Assembly: GCA_027320085.1 (NCBI GenBank)
Contig: DAHVLZ010000010.1
Coordinates: 32,001 to 96,000, forward strand
Length of the DNA stretch: 64,000 nucleotides
Source: Pseudomonadota bacterium
GTDB lineage: Bacteria; Pseudomonadota; Gammaproteobacteria; JAKAQQ01
Reading direction: 5' to 3'
Positions 1 to 10,397 of this stretch are shown in pieces. The notes under the pieces were generated by a model. That model did no database searches, was not told the DNA's origin, and saw only the letters and a program-made list of their open reading frames with translations. The position numbers were made by a program, and so were the translations under genes. Every line of letters starts with the position of its first letter. Within the stretch, counting starts at the first letter, position 1.

Positions 1-495
1 TCCCTCCGCTACTTCAACCCGGCGGGCGCGCATGACACGGGCGCGCTCGGCGAACACCCGAGGGGGATCCCCAATAACCTCATGCCTTACCTGTGCCAGG
101 TCGCGAGCGGCGAACGGTCCGAACTCATCGTGCATGGCAACGACTACCCGACACCGGATGGCACCGGGGTCCGGGATTACATCCACGTCATGGATCTCGC
201 CCAGGGCCATCTCGCCGCCCTCGATTACTTGGGAACCCATCCCGGTTTCATCGCCATCAATCTCGGCACCGGACGGGGCTACTCCGTCCTCGATCTGGTC
301 CATGCCTTCGAGCGCGTCATCGGCCGTACCCTCCCCTGCCGCATCGGCCCGCGCCGGCCGGGTGACATTGCCGCCTCCTGGGCGGCCGTGGACCGGGCAC
401 GGGAGCTTTTGGGGTGGCAGAGCGAACGGGGGCTCGATGCCATCTGCCGGGATGCCTGGCGCTGGACCTGTGCGGGGCGCCATCCGGCACCCTGA
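1..495 (+). CDS. galE: UDP-glucose 4-epimerase, 3' part (cut by window start)
   Basis: Frame 1 is open from base 1: LRYFNPAGAH...PNNLMPY...DYPTPDGTGVRDYIHVMDLA...NLGTGRGYSVL...RRPGD, all GalE motifs. Confidence 0.95.
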   Translation, partial: SLRYFNPAGAHDTGALGEHPRGIPNNLMPYLCQVASGERSELIVHGNDYPTPDGTGVRDYIHVMDLAQGHLAALDYLGTHPGFIAINLGTGRGYSVLDLVHAFERVIGRTLPCRIGPRRPGDIAASWAAVDRARELLGWQSERGLDAICRDAWRWTCAGRHPAP

Positions 496-555
496 CCCAC
501 CCGTCCGCTCCAGCGGATCTCGGGATTCCGCATCCGGTGTTCGGCGGGGTCGGTT

Positions 556-1059
556 TCAGGGTTCGCCCAAGCCATCACCCCCGTCTTCTCTGCCCTCACG
601 GGGGGGCGTCGAGGCGGGGGCGCGTTTCATGAGGTGGGGCAGCCAGTCCCCGATCCCCTGCTCGATTCGCGCGAGCGCACGCTCGTAATCCCGGACCGGA
701 CGACCATAGGGATCGTCGATCTCGTAGCCCCCCCAGTGCCCGATCAGGTACACCCGGCCGATCAGAAACGGCCAGCGCGCACCGATCCATTCCCGCTGCC
801 AGTGCTCCATGACGAAGATGAGATCCTGGGCCCGGAGGAGTCCGGCGGTCGCCTGCCGCGCGCGATGGCTCCGGATGTCGATCCCGCGCGATGCCAGGAG
901 GCGGATCGCCTCGGGCGACGGGGATGCCCCCACTTCCGCCATGAGCCCGGCGGAACTGAGTCCGGTCCCGGCCAGCTCCGGTCTCGACCCGAGGAGGCCG
1001 AATGCCATGGGACTGCGGCAGATGTTGCCGGCGCAGAGCACCGCCAGTTTTTCGATCAT
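556..1059 (-). CDS. Low molecular weight protein-tyrosine phosphatase (Wzb/Ptp-like)
   Basis: CAGNICRS P-loop (CX5R) and DDPY acid loop. Confidence 0.93.
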   Translation of the reverse strand: MIEKLAVLCAGNICRSPMAFGLLGSRPELAGTGLSSAGLMAEVGASPSPEAIRLLASRGIDIRSHRARQATAGLLRAQDLIFVMEHWQREWIGARWPFLIGRVYLIGHWGGYEIDDPYGRPVRDYERALARIEQGIGDWLPHLMKRAPASTPPREGREDGGDGLGEP

Positions 1060-1086
1060 GCCCGGCTCCGGGACGGATGCTTCATT

Positions 1087-1821
1087 CTAACGGGAGCGAG
1101 GGCGGGGCCGCGCCGGCCAACCCGCCAGTTTCTGGTAGTCGCGCGGGGCCAGTCCGACGAAGGCCCGGAACCGCCGGGAGAAAGCACTCTGATCCCCATA
1201 CCCGGAAGCCTGGGCCACCTCCGCCACGGTTCGACCCTCGGCCAGGGCGGCCATGGACTGATCGATCCGGATCTTGGCCAGCAGCATGCGCGGAGACAGG
1301 TTGAAGACCCGACGGCACAGCCGCTCGAGCTGACCCAGGCTCATACCGACCTCGTCCGCGAGCCGCCCGAAGCGGACCGGCTCCCCGTAATGCCCGGCGA
1401 GCCATCCGACCATGCGCTGGAGTCTCTCGTAGCCGGGATGGCGCACATCCGGCCGGCCGAGATCGCGGGAAACGCCGATGAGCCCTCCGATCTCGCCATT
1501 CACCCGGAGGGGCCGCTTGGTGCTGAGGCACCAGCCCGGCGCATGGTCCGGGTAGAGGTGGAGTTCGAGCTCATCCGTGATGATCCGGCCGGCCAGGACG
1601 GTCTCGTCCTGGGCCTCGTAGCGCTGGGCGAGGATGGCCGGGAATAGTTCGGAGGCCCGTTTGCCGATGATGTCCCCGCGCCGTTCCCGCCGGAGTCTCC
1701 GCACGAGGGTCTGGTTGGCAAACCGGTAGCGTCCCGCCCGGTCCTTCACGAAAAACACGACGTCCGGGAAAGCATCGAACAGGCGCTCGAGATCGGCGAG
1801 GGAAACCTGCTGTACGGCCAC
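1087..1821 (-). CDS. AraC-family regulator with N-terminal PAS domain (LhpR-like)
   Basis: PAS-like FFVKDRAGRY; AraC HTH GYGDQSAFSRRF; divergent from the hydroxyproline operon. Confidence 0.88.
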   Translation of the reverse strand: MAVQQVSLADLERLFDAFPDVVFFVKDRAGRYRFANQTLVRRLRRERRGDIIGKRASELFPAILAQRYEAQDETVLAGRIITDELELHLYPDHAPGWCLSTKRPLRVNGEIGGLIGVSRDLGRPDVRHPGYERLQRMVGWLAGHYGEPVRFGRLADEVGMSLGQLERLCRRVFNLSPRMLLAKIRIDQSMAALAEGRTVAEVAQASGYGDQSAFSRRFRAFVGLAPRDYQKLAGWPARPRPRSR

Positions 1822-1901
1822 CTTCCGATTATGCCGGAATCGGCCTCCGACCGGCCGACTCCGGACAAGCCTGCTCTCGCGGATCGCGATACGCTCATGC
1901 C

Positions 1902-2855
1902 ATGTGGACGATCGAAGTCGCAGATTCCCACACGGGCGGAGAACCGACCCGCGTCGTGCTCAGCGGCTTTCCGGATCTCGGGGAGGGTCCGCTCACGGAA
2001 CGACGGGCGCGATTCGACCGCGATTTCGGGAAGCTCCGCCTCGCCCTCACGACCGAGCCCCGTGCCCCGCTGGCCACCGTTCTGGCCCTCCTGACCCCGC
2101 CCACCGACCCGGCCTCCGCAACCGGCGTCCTCTACGCGGACAGCGGCGGGTCGCTCGGCATGTGCGGACATGGAACGATCGGGCTGATCCATACCCTGGC
2201 CGCGCTGGAGCGGATCCAGGCCGGCCGCCATACGGTCGAGACCCCGGTGGGCCCGGTCGAAGCCGAGCTTCATCCCGACGGGTCGGTGTCGATCGACAAT
2301 GTCGAAAGTTACCGCTTCAAGAAAGGGGTGACGTGCCTCCTTCCCGACCATGGCCCCGTGACGGGTGACATCGCCTGGGGTGGCAACTGGTTTTTCATCA
2401 CCCCCGCAAGCCCGGTTCCGCTCGAACCCCGCCATCGGGACACGCTCGAGGCCTATGCCCGGGCGATCCGGCAGGCACTCGAAGCGGGGGGGATTACGGG
2501 CGCGGACGGGGCACCCATCGACCACATCGAACTCCATGCCCCCCCGTCGCGGCAGGAGGCGGATTCCCGAAACTTCGTGCTCTGCCCGACCCTGACCTAT
2601 GACCGTTCACCCTGCGGCACCGGAACCAGCGCCCGCCTGGCCTGTCTTGCGGCCGACGGCCATCTCGCTCCCGGAGAAACCTACCGCCAGGAGGGTTTTA
2701 CCGGAAGCCTGTTCGAGGCCTCCTACCGCCCCGGGACACACGGCATCCGGCCGCGGATCCGCGGCCGGGCCCACCTCACCGCCCGCTCCCGACTCCTTTT
2801 CGAGCCCGATGACCCGCTCGTGGGACCGCTGTCCTGGAACTCCGATGGCTCGTGA
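1902..2855 (+). CDS. lhpA: Proline racemase family, probable 4-hydroxyproline 2-epimerase
   Basis: DSHTGGEPTR, MCGH and DRSPCGTG motifs (both catalytic Cys present); operon context. Confidence 0.88.
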   Translation: MWTIEVADSHTGGEPTRVVLSGFPDLGEGPLTERRARFDRDFGKLRLALTTEPRAPLATVLALLTPPTDPASATGVLYADSGGSLGMCGHGTIGLIHTLAALERIQAGRHTVETPVGPVEAELHPDGSVSIDNVESYRFKKGVTCLLPDHGPVTGDIAWGGNWFFITPASPVPLEPRHRDTLEAYARAIRQALEAGGITGADGAPIDHIELHAPPSRQEADSRNFVLCPTLTYDRSPCGTGTSARLACLAADGHLAPGETYRQEGFTGSLFEASYRPGTHGIRPRIRGRAHLTARSRLLFEPDDPLVGPLSWNSDGS

Positions 2856-3942
2856 TCTCATCGTCGTCGGATGTGGCATCGTCGGGGCCTGCATCGCACT
2901 CACCGCCCAGCGGGCGGGTCTCCGGACCCAGATGGTCGAAGCCGGGTTCCCGGGGGGCGGCGTGAGTGCCGCCGGCATGGGGCACCTGGTCGCACTCGAC
3001 GGGGCCGAACTCGCGCTCTCCGTCCGCTCCCTCGCCCTCTGGCAGGAGATCCTCGAAAGGGATCCCGGACCTTTTGAATACCGGAGAACAGGGACCCTCT
3101 GGGTCGCCGAAAACGATGCGGATCTCGCGGCCCTCGCCCAATGGCGGGACAGACTCCAGTCAGCCGGCATCCCAGCCGCACTCCAGGATGCCGCCGGACT
3201 CCGCCGGGAGGAGCCGGCCCTCGCCCGCGATCTCGCGGGTGGACTCCTCCTCGCGGGTGATGGCATCGTCTATCCCCCGAAAGCCGTGCACCAATTTTTG
3301 ACCCGTGCCCTGGAACTCGGGGCCCGTATCCGGACCGGCCGGCGAGTGACGGCACTCACCGCCGATGGCGTGGTCCTCGAGGGCGACCGGCGACTTTCGG
3401 GCGAGGTCGTGATCGCGACCGGCCCTGCCGGATCCGAACTCCTGCCCGAGCTTCCCGTGCTTCCACGCAAGGGGCATCTCGTCATCACGGAGGCCACCGC
3501 ATCCCCCCTCCGCCACCAGATCGTCGAAGCCGGCTACACGCAGGGCATTCATGCCCCGGACGGACTCAGCATCGCGATGAATGTCCAGCCGAGACCCACC
3601 GGCCAGCTCCTGATCGGCTCATCGCGTGAGAACGGCCTGTCGGATCCTTGGGTCTCGCCTGTGGTGATCGCGGCCATGCTCAGACGGGCCCTCCGGTTTC
3701 TTCCGGGCCTGGGCCGGGTGGCTGCCCTCCGCACCTGGACCGGATTGCGGCCGGCCACCCCGGATGGTCTGCCCTATATCGGCCGCGTTCCCGGGCGCAG
3801 GTCCGTCTGGGCCGCTTTCGGGCATGAGGGACTCGGCATCACGACCGCTCCCGCAACAGCCGAACTCCTGGTCGACCTGATCCTCGGCCGGAAAAGCACG
3901 CTCGACCCCGCACCCTACGATCCCGTCCGGTGCCTGGGATGA
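2845..3942 (+). CDS. lhpB: DAO-family FAD oxidoreductase, probable D-hydroxyproline dehydrogenase beta subunit
   Basis: Start set at ATG 2845; GCGIVG Rossmann, SAAGMGH, GLRP, GHEGLG. Confidence 0.85.
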   Translation: MARDLIVVGCGIVGACIALTAQRAGLRTQMVEAGFPGGGVSAAGMGHLVALDGAELALSVRSLALWQEILERDPGPFEYRRTGTLWVAENDADLAALAQWRDRLQSAGIPAALQDAAGLRREEPALARDLAGGLLLAGDGIVYPPKAVHQFLTRALELGARIRTGRRVTALTADGVVLEGDRRLSGEVVIATGPAGSELLPELPVLPRKGHLVITEATASPLRHQIVEAGYTQGIHAPDGLSIAMNVQPRPTGQLLIGSSRENGLSDPWVSPVVIAAMLRRALRFLPGLGRVAALRTWTGLRPATPDGLPYIGRVPGRRSVWAAFGHEGLGITTAPATAELLVDLILGRKSTLDPAPYDPVRCLG

Positions 3943-4178
3943 ATCCCCCATCGGTCACGGTCTACGTCGATGGCGTGGCGGTGAGACTGCCCGAGGGCCA
4001 GACCGTGGCGGCCGCGGTCGCCTGCGTCAACGGCCAACACCGGCCCGCTCGGGCGGGACGCGGCCCGTTCTGCGGCATGGGATACTGTGGCGGGTGTCGC
4101 CTGCGGATCGGCGGCGAATTCCGACTGGCCTGCCAGACCCTCCTCTCACCAGGCCTCCGGGTGGAAACGGATGATTGA
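3939..4178 (+). CDS. 2Fe-2S ferredoxin-like subunit (gamma) of the dehydrogenase
   Basis: PFCGMGYCGGC...LACQT; ATGA overlap with upstream gene. Confidence 0.85.
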   Translation: MNPPSVTVYVDGVAVRLPEGQTVAAAVACVNGQHRPARAGRGPFCGMGYCGGCRLRIGGEFRLACQTLLSPGLRVETDD

Positions 4179-5475
4179 TGTTTTTGATCTCGTGATCGTG
4201 GGGGCCGGTCCTGCCGGTCTCGAGGCCGCACGGTCCGCCTCGAGAGCGGGACGGGGAGTCGCCGTGATCGATGACAATCCCCGACCGGGTGGGCAGATCT
4301 GGCGCCACGACCCCACGGAGAATCCACCCCGCCCCCTCCAAAGACTCCTCAACGACCTTGAATCCCGGGAGCGCATCCGCTTCTTCACCGGCCATCGCCT
4401 GGTGGCCTTCGAGTCCGGACCCACCCTCGTTCTCGAATCCGCAACCGGCCGGCGACGCCTCCGGGGCGAGAGCCTGCTCCTCGCCACCGGCGCGCGCGAG
4501 CTTTTCCTGCCCTTTCCCGGTTGGATGCTGCCCGGAATCCATGGTGCCGGCGGACTCCAGGCACTGGTCAAGGGCGGATGGCCCGTGGCCGGCCGGCGGG
4601 TGGTCCTCGCGGGTTCGGGCCCTCTCCTCCTGGCTTCGGCCGCCACACTTCTCCGCCATGGCGCACGGATCGAGGCCATCATCGAGCAGGCACCGACCGC
4701 GGACCTCCTCCGATTCCTGGCCCTCCTCCCGCGCTGGCCCCGCCAGACCACAACCGCCCTCGCCCTCCTGCGACGGCTTTTCCGCGTGCCCTACTGGCGT
4801 GGATCCTGGGTCACCGAGGCGCGGGGACGGGATGGGCTTCAGGAAATCGTGATCACGGACGGACGGCGGGAACGTGTCCTCGGCTGCGAGCTTTTGGGAA
4901 CGGGCTACGGACTTGTACCGAACATCGAGGCCGCGAATCTGCTCGGCTGCGAACTCACCCCGAGCCGTCATCCCGCGGTCCGGGTCGGGTCCCGGGGTGA
5001 AACGAGCCGCCCCGGTCTCTACGCCGCCGGCGAAATCACCGGGATCGGCGGTGCCGGACGGGCCCGTCTCCAGGGTGCTCTCGCCGGGGCTACTGCGGTG
5101 GGGGATCACCGTCAGTCCGACCGCCTGCTCGGCCGCAGCCGGGAGGCCGAAGCCTACGCCCGGCACTTCGCCCGGCATTTTCATCTGGGCGAGCCGGTCC
5201 GCCGGCTGGCCCGACCCGAAACCGTGATCTGCCGCTGCGAAGAGGTCCCACTCGACCGGATTCCCGAAATCCCGCAGGCGGATTCGCGCGGTCTCCGGCT
5301 CCTCACGCGGATCGGCATGGGCCCCTGCCAGGGCCGGATCTGTCTGCATGCCCTGGCCGAGACCCGGCCGGAACCCTTTCTCCGGGACTGGCTCGCCCGG
5401 CCCCGCCCCCCACTTTTCCCTGCCCGTCTCGAGACTCTTGCCGGTCCCGAGGTGGCCCATGGCCCTGAGACCTGA
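4171..5475 (+). CDS. FAD/NAD(P)-binding oxidoreductase (alpha subunit) with C-terminal Cys cluster
   Basis: GAGPAG, PGGQIW, LATGARE, ICRCEEV and GMGPCQGRIC motifs. Confidence 0.85.
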   Translation: MIDVFDLVIVGAGPAGLEAARSASRAGRGVAVIDDNPRPGGQIWRHDPTENPPRPLQRLLNDLESRERIRFFTGHRLVAFESGPTLVLESATGRRRLRGESLLLATGARELFLPFPGWMLPGIHGAGGLQALVKGGWPVAGRRVVLAGSGPLLLASAATLLRHGARIEAIIEQAPTADLLRFLALLPRWPRQTTTALALLRRLFRVPYWRGSWVTEARGRDGLQEIVITDGRRERVLGCELLGTGYGLVPNIEAANLLGCELTPSRHPAVRVGSRGETSRPGLYAAGEITGIGGAGRARLQGALAGATAVGDHRQSDRLLGRSREAEAYARHFARHFHLGEPVRRLARPETVICRCEEVPLDRIPEIPQADSRGLRLLTRIGMGPCQGRICLHALAETRPEPFLRDWLARPRPPLFPARLETLAGPEVAHGPET

Positions 5476-5487
5476 TGTGAGATCCCC

Positions 5488-6381
5488 ATGAACCCATCGC
5501 CCGCCTTCGCCGGCATCTGGCCGGCCATCACCACCCCCTTTGACGGATCCGGCCATGTCGACCACGAGGCTTTGGCCGAGCATGCCGACCGTCTGATGGC
5601 GGCCGGGATCCACGGACTCGTGGCCCTGGGCTCGCTCGGCGAGGGAGGAACCCTCTCGCTCCCGGAAAAACGCGCGGTCGTGAAAACCCTGGTCGGGCGC
5701 CGGATCGCGGTGGCTGCGGCGGTCTCGGCCGTGGCCACCGATCAGGCGGTGGCCTTTGCCCGCACCGCCTCCGATCTCGGCGTGAGCGGTCTCATGGTCC
5801 TGCCTCCCTACGCCTATGTCGGCACGGCCGCTGAGATGGAGTCGCACATGTCGGAGATCTTTTCCGCGACTCCCCTCCCCTGCATGCTCTACAACAATCC
5901 CATCGCCTATGGCACGGACTTTGCGCCGGAGGCGATCCTGAGGCTGGCCCAGGCCCACCCCAACCTCGTTGCGGTCAAGGAATCCTCGGGCGATGTCCGT
6001 CGCATCACGGCCCTGCGGGCGCTCGCGGAGGAGCGACTCCTGCTTTCGGTCGGCGTGGACGACCTCGTGGTCGAAGGCATCGCCGCGGGTGCCCGCGGCT
6101 GGATCGCGGGACTCGCGAACGCCTTTCCGGAAGAATCCATGGCCCTCTACCGGCTGGCCCTCACCGGATCCGGGGCGGAATGCGAGACGCTCTACCGCTG
6201 GTTTCTGCCCCTCTTGCGCCTGGATACCGGTCCGCGATTCGTCCAGTGCATCAAGCTCGCCGAAGCGCGCGTCGGGCTCGGCAGCGAACGGGTGCGCCCG
6301 CCGCGCCGGCCACTCACCGGAGCCGAGCGCGAAGGGGTCCTGGCCGTGATCGAGAAGGCTTTGGCGACGCGGCCCTCATGA
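5488..6381 (+). CDS. lhpC: DHDPS-family protein, probable 1-pyrroline-4-hydroxy-2-carboxylate deaminase
   Basis: GSLGE, LYNNP and Schiff-base AVKESSGD motifs; operon context. Confidence 0.82.
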   Translation: MNPSPAFAGIWPAITTPFDGSGHVDHEALAEHADRLMAAGIHGLVALGSLGEGGTLSLPEKRAVVKTLVGRRIAVAAAVSAVATDQAVAFARTASDLGVSGLMVLPPYAYVGTAAEMESHMSEIFSATPLPCMLYNNPIAYGTDFAPEAILRLAQAHPNLVAVKESSGDVRRITALRALAEERLLLSVGVDDLVVEGIAAGARGWIAGLANAFPEESMALYRLALTGSGAECETLYRWFLPLLRLDTGPRFVQCIKLAEARVGLGSERVRPPRRPLTGAEREGVLAVIEKALATRPS

Positions 6382-7964
6382 GCACGGCGCAGCTCTGGAT
6401 CCGGGGATCCTTTCAACCGTCCGTGGATGGGGGGGACGCATTCCAGGCCTGGAATCCGGCGACCGGACGGCCGATTCTGGGCGAATACCCGATCTCCGGG
6501 GGGGGCGACCTCGAGGCCCTTCTCACGGCCGCGACCCAGGCCGCCCCCCTCCTGGCCGAAGCCGCCCCCGAAACGATTGCCCGCTTTCTCGAGGGCTACG
6601 CCCTGCGCATCGAATCCCATGCCGTGGCCCTGTCCGGGCTCGCCCACGAGGAAACCGCCCTCCCGGTCCGGCCGCGCCTGTTCGAGGTGGAGCTGCCCCG
6701 CACCCTGAAGCAGCTGCGGGAAGGTGCCCGGATCGCCCGCAGCCGGAACTGGCGGGAACCGGTGATCGACACGGCCGCCAACCTCCGCACCCAACGCGGA
6801 CCGCTCGGCAAGCCGGTCGTGATCTTCGGGCCCAACAACTTCCCCTTCGCCTTCAACGCCTTGTCCGGCAGCGACTTCGTGAGCGCCTGGGTGGCCCAGA
6901 ACCCGGTTCTGGCCAAGAGCCATCCGGGTCACCCCCATGTGACCGAGGCTTTGGCCCACCTGGCCCAGGAAAGTCTCGACGCGGCGGGACTCCCGCCGGG
7001 ATCCATCCAGCTCTGTTACGGGCTTGACGAGTCATCGGGTTTCGCGCTGGTGAGTGACCCCCGGGTCGGTGCCGTCTGTTTCACGGGAAGCCGCCCGGCC
7101 GGGCTTGCCCTCAAGGCCCATGCCGACACAGCCGGCATCCTGTTCTTCGGCGAGATGTCCTCGACCAACCCCCTCTTCATCCTGCCCGGGGCACTGGCCG
7201 AGCGCGGAGAGGCTCTGGCCTCCGAAATCGCCGCCTCCTGTCTTTTGGGATCCGGCCAGTTCTGCACCAAGCCCGGACTCCTCTTCCTGCCTTCCGGCAG
7301 AATCGCGGAGACCTGGATCGGGACCCTGACCGGTCATTTCGCCGCTGCCCCGACCGCCGTTCTGCTCGCGGACGGTGTCCGCAGACGTTTCGAGGCGGCG
7401 CTTGTGGCCTGGGAGCAGGCCGGAGCCCGGCGTCTCACCGCCCTCCGGCCGGTCACCGAGGCCGGCTTCCGGGCCCGGCCCGCACTTTTCTCGGTCGACA
7501 TCCAGACCTTCCTCGCCCACCGGGGTGAACTCGAGACGGAGGCCTTCGGCCCGGCCGCCCTCGTCGTCCACGGGATCGATCCCGGCGAGATGCCCGGGGT
7601 CGCTCACAGACTCGAAGGCCAGCTCACGGCGACCCTCCTCACCGCTCACGACGGCGCGGACGAGGATTTCTACACCCCCCTGGCCGCCGTGCTCCGGAGC
7701 CGGGCCGGCAGGCTGCTCAACGACAAGATGCCGACGGGCGTCCTGGTCTCCCCGGCCATGAACCATGGAGGGCCGTTCCCGGCCACGAACCAGCCCGGTT
7801 TCACGTCGGTGGGACTGCCCGGCGCGATCCGGCGTCTCACCGCGCTTCACTGCTACGACGGCATCCGGCCCGGACGTCTTCCGGCCGAGCTCGGCAACCC
7901 CAACCCCGTTCCGGGACTCTGGCGGCTGGTCGACGGCACCTGGACCGACCGGGATATCGACTGA
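6378..7964 (+). CDS. Aldehyde dehydrogenase, probable alpha-ketoglutaric semialdehyde dehydrogenase
   Basis: NFPFAF, FTGS, GEMSSTNP, GQFCTKPG, EAFGP, HGGPFPAT. Confidence 0.88.
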   Translation: MSTAQLWIRGSFQPSVDGGDAFQAWNPATGRPILGEYPISGGGDLEALLTAATQAAPLLAEAAPETIARFLEGYALRIESHAVALSGLAHEETALPVRPRLFEVELPRTLKQLREGARIARSRNWREPVIDTAANLRTQRGPLGKPVVIFGPNNFPFAFNALSGSDFVSAWVAQNPVLAKSHPGHPHVTEALAHLAQESLDAAGLPPGSIQLCYGLDESSGFALVSDPRVGAVCFTGSRPAGLALKAHADTAGILFFGEMSSTNPLFILPGALAERGEALASEIAASCLLGSGQFCTKPGLLFLPSGRIAETWIGTLTGHFAAAPTAVLLADGVRRRFEAALVAWEQAGARRLTALRPVTEAGFRARPALFSVDIQTFLAHRGELETEAFGPAALVVHGIDPGEMPGVAHRLEGQLTATLLTAHDGADEDFYTPLAAVLRSRAGRLLNDKMPTGVLVSPAMNHGGPFPATNQPGFTSVGLPGAIRRLTALHCYDGIRPGRLPAELGNPNPVPGLWRLVDGTWTDRDID

Positions 7965-8029
7965 GGCATCCGCCGGGGAGCCGACCTTGCTATGATGGGC
8001 CGGACTGCCCCAGAACAAGAGAGCAAGCC

Positions 8030-9448
8030 ATGGCGATCTGGCAGAACCTGACCCGCCACAAGTCGGTCGAGGAGATTCAGCGGGAGGCCGGCGAAAGCCG
8101 GGCGTTCCAGCGCGTGCTCGGATTGGGACACCTCACCGCCATCGGACTCGGCGGGATCATCGGCGTCGGCATCTTCGTGCTGACCGGGATCGTGGCCGCC
8201 CGGGATTCGGGGCCGGCCATCATCCTCTCCTTCGTGATCGCCGGCACGGCGAGCGCGGCGGCGGCCTTGTGCTACGCCGAGTTCGCGGGCATGCTCCCCG
8301 TGACCGGGAGCACCTACGCCTACACCTATGCCGTCCTGGGCGAGTTTGCCGCGTGGCTCATCGGCTGGGATTTCCTGCTCGAGTATCCGCTCATCGTGGC
8401 GGTGGTCGCGGCCGGTTGGTCCGGTTACGTCCAGGCCCTCCTGGGATCGGCCGGTCTCACCCTACCCCCGTGGGCACAAGGGGCGATGGGGAGTGCGCCG
8501 GGGCATGTGTTTGACGTGATCGCCGCCGGGATTTCCCTCGCAATCGCCATCCTCCTGACCCTCCGCACCGAGTGGGGCGCCCGCTTCAACTCGACCATCG
8601 TCACGATCAAGATCGCAGGACTCCTCCTCGTGATCGCGGTCGGCTTGTTCTTCATCCATCCATCCAACTGGCACCCCTTCATGCCCTTCGGCTTCCACGG
8701 CGTCCTCGTGGGGGCGGCGGTGGTCTTCTTCGCCGTCTTCGGTTACGACACGCTCACGACCGCAGCCGAGGAATCCAAGAACCCCCAGCACGACCTGCCG
8801 TGGGCGGTGGTCCTCTCGCTTGCGATCTCGATGGCGCTCTACCTGGCCGTCTGCCTCGTCTTGACCGGGATCGTCCCCTACACCACGCTCAACAACGCCG
8901 CTCCCGTCGCCAATGCCTTCTCGGCGATCGGCCTGCCCTGGGTCATGATCGTGATCTCGCTGGCCGCGATCGCCGGGATCACGAGCGTGCTCTTCGCAAA
9001 CCTCCTGGCCGGCGCCCGCATCGGCTTCGCCCTGTCGCGGGACGGCCTCCTGCCCGCCTGGTTCGCCCGCGTGCACCCGCGTTTCGGAACTCCCTACCGG
9101 ACGACCCTCCCCCTCGGCGTCCTGATCGCCCTCGTCGCCGGACTGTTTCCGCTGACCACGGTGGCCCGCCTTGTCAACATTGGTTTTCTCTCGGCCTTCA
9201 TCGTGATTTCGGGATCGATCCTGGTCCTGCGCTATACCCGCCCCGAGCTGCCGCGCCGCTTCCGCACGCCCTGGGTCCCCGTCGTTCCCCTGATCGGGAT
9301 GGGATTTTCGGCCTGGTTGATCTCGGGCCTGCCGGCCTCGACCGACTGGGGTTTTGCGATCTGGATCGGGCTCGGCATCCTCGTCTACTTCGGTTACGGC
9401 ATCCGGCGCAGCCGGCTGGCCGGCCGCACCCATCCGTCCTCCTCGTGA
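8030..9448 (+). CDS. APC-family amino acid permease
   Basis: GGIIGVGIF, CYAEFA, many TM helices, RRFRTPWVP. Confidence 0.92.
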   Translation: MAIWQNLTRHKSVEEIQREAGESRAFQRVLGLGHLTAIGLGGIIGVGIFVLTGIVAARDSGPAIILSFVIAGTASAAAALCYAEFAGMLPVTGSTYAYTYAVLGEFAAWLIGWDFLLEYPLIVAVVAAGWSGYVQALLGSAGLTLPPWAQGAMGSAPGHVFDVIAAGISLAIAILLTLRTEWGARFNSTIVTIKIAGLLLVIAVGLFFIHPSNWHPFMPFGFHGVLVGAAVVFFAVFGYDTLTTAAEESKNPQHDLPWAVVLSLAISMALYLAVCLVLTGIVPYTTLNNAAPVANAFSAIGLPWVMIVISLAAIAGITSVLFANLLAGARIGFALSRDGLLPAWFARVHPRFGTPYRTTLPLGVLIALVAGLFPLTTVARLVNIGFLSAFIVISGSILVLRYTRPELPRRFRTPWVPVVPLIGMGFSAWLISGLPASTDWGFAIWIGLGILVYFGYGIRRSRLAGRTHPSSS

Positions 9449-9464
9449 TTCCTGAACAACCGGG

Positions 9465-10397
9465 GTGATGTCCTTGCCACCATCTCCCACCACCCCGCCG
9501 CTTCGCTACTCCCAAGTCATCTCCCGTGCCTGGACCCTCACCTGGAAGGGTCCCGCAGGCACGCGGCGCTACGGATTGTGGTCGGTCTTGATCCTTGCCT
9601 TGATCGTGCTTCCCCTCTGCGTGCTCGCGGTCGTGACCCTGGTCAGCATGGCCAAAGGGAGCCTCGCAACCCCACCCGTATCCCCACTCGCCCCCTTTGC
9701 GGGTTCCTTTCCCGCCTTCTCCCTTCTGGCCCTCTTCGGGATACTCCCCGCAGACGCCCTTTTTCTCCTCTGGCTGATCGGATTCAATGGGGGACTTGCC
9801 GAATCCTTCTCCGCACGTCCGCCGCGGATGCGGCGCTTCTTTGAGGATTTGGGCCAGAAACAGAGCTGGCAACTGGTCGGCGTGTTCCTGGTCCTGGTGC
9901 TTTGTTTCATGTTCGCCGATCAGGGACTCTTCTGGCTCATGAGCCAGATCTGGGGCCCCCCGTTCCGGGCGATTCCCGGTCGGCCGCCGGCCCCGAACTG
10001 GCTCCATTTCTTTCTGGATTTCCTGTGCGTCTGGATCCTGCTCTATACCCTCGGCGTCTGGACGTATTACGTGATCCCGCTCGCTGCCCGCTATCGCCTG
10101 GGTGCCCGTCAATCCCTGGCGAAGGCGCTCGGCATCTACCGGAAGGGCAGGCGGCGCTGGTTCTGGTTCCCCCTCATCCTGATTTTGCTCTCCCTGGGCA
10201 GTCTGCTCCCGCTTTATCTCCTGCTCGGCCTGCTTGTCCTTCTGGCCTATTGGATCAACCTCCCTCTTCCTTCCGATCTCCACCCGATGATCATCCTGAT
10301 TGCAGCTGCCCTCATGCTTTGCATCCTCGTTTTTTACTTCCTGGTTTTCTTCCTGTTCTACTCCTTCGCCCTGCTCGAAGCCTCTTCCGCACTCTGA
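9465..10397 (+). CDS. Hypothetical integral membrane protein
   Basis: 310-aa ORF with about 6 hydrophobic segments, 16 bp after the permease. Confidence 0.65.
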   Translation: MMSLPPSPTTPPLRYSQVISRAWTLTWKGPAGTRRYGLWSVLILALIVLPLCVLAVVTLVSMAKGSLATPPVSPLAPFAGSFPAFSLLALFGILPADALFLLWLIGFNGGLAESFSARPPRMRRFFEDLGQKQSWQLVGVFLVLVLCFMFADQGLFWLMSQIWGPPFRAIPGRPPAPNWLHFFLDFLCVWILLYTLGVWTYYVIPLAARYRLGARQSLAKALGIYRKGRRRWFWFPLILILLSLGSLLPLYLLLGLLVLLAYWINLPLPSDLHPMIILIAAALMLCILVFYFLVFFLFYSFALLEASSAL

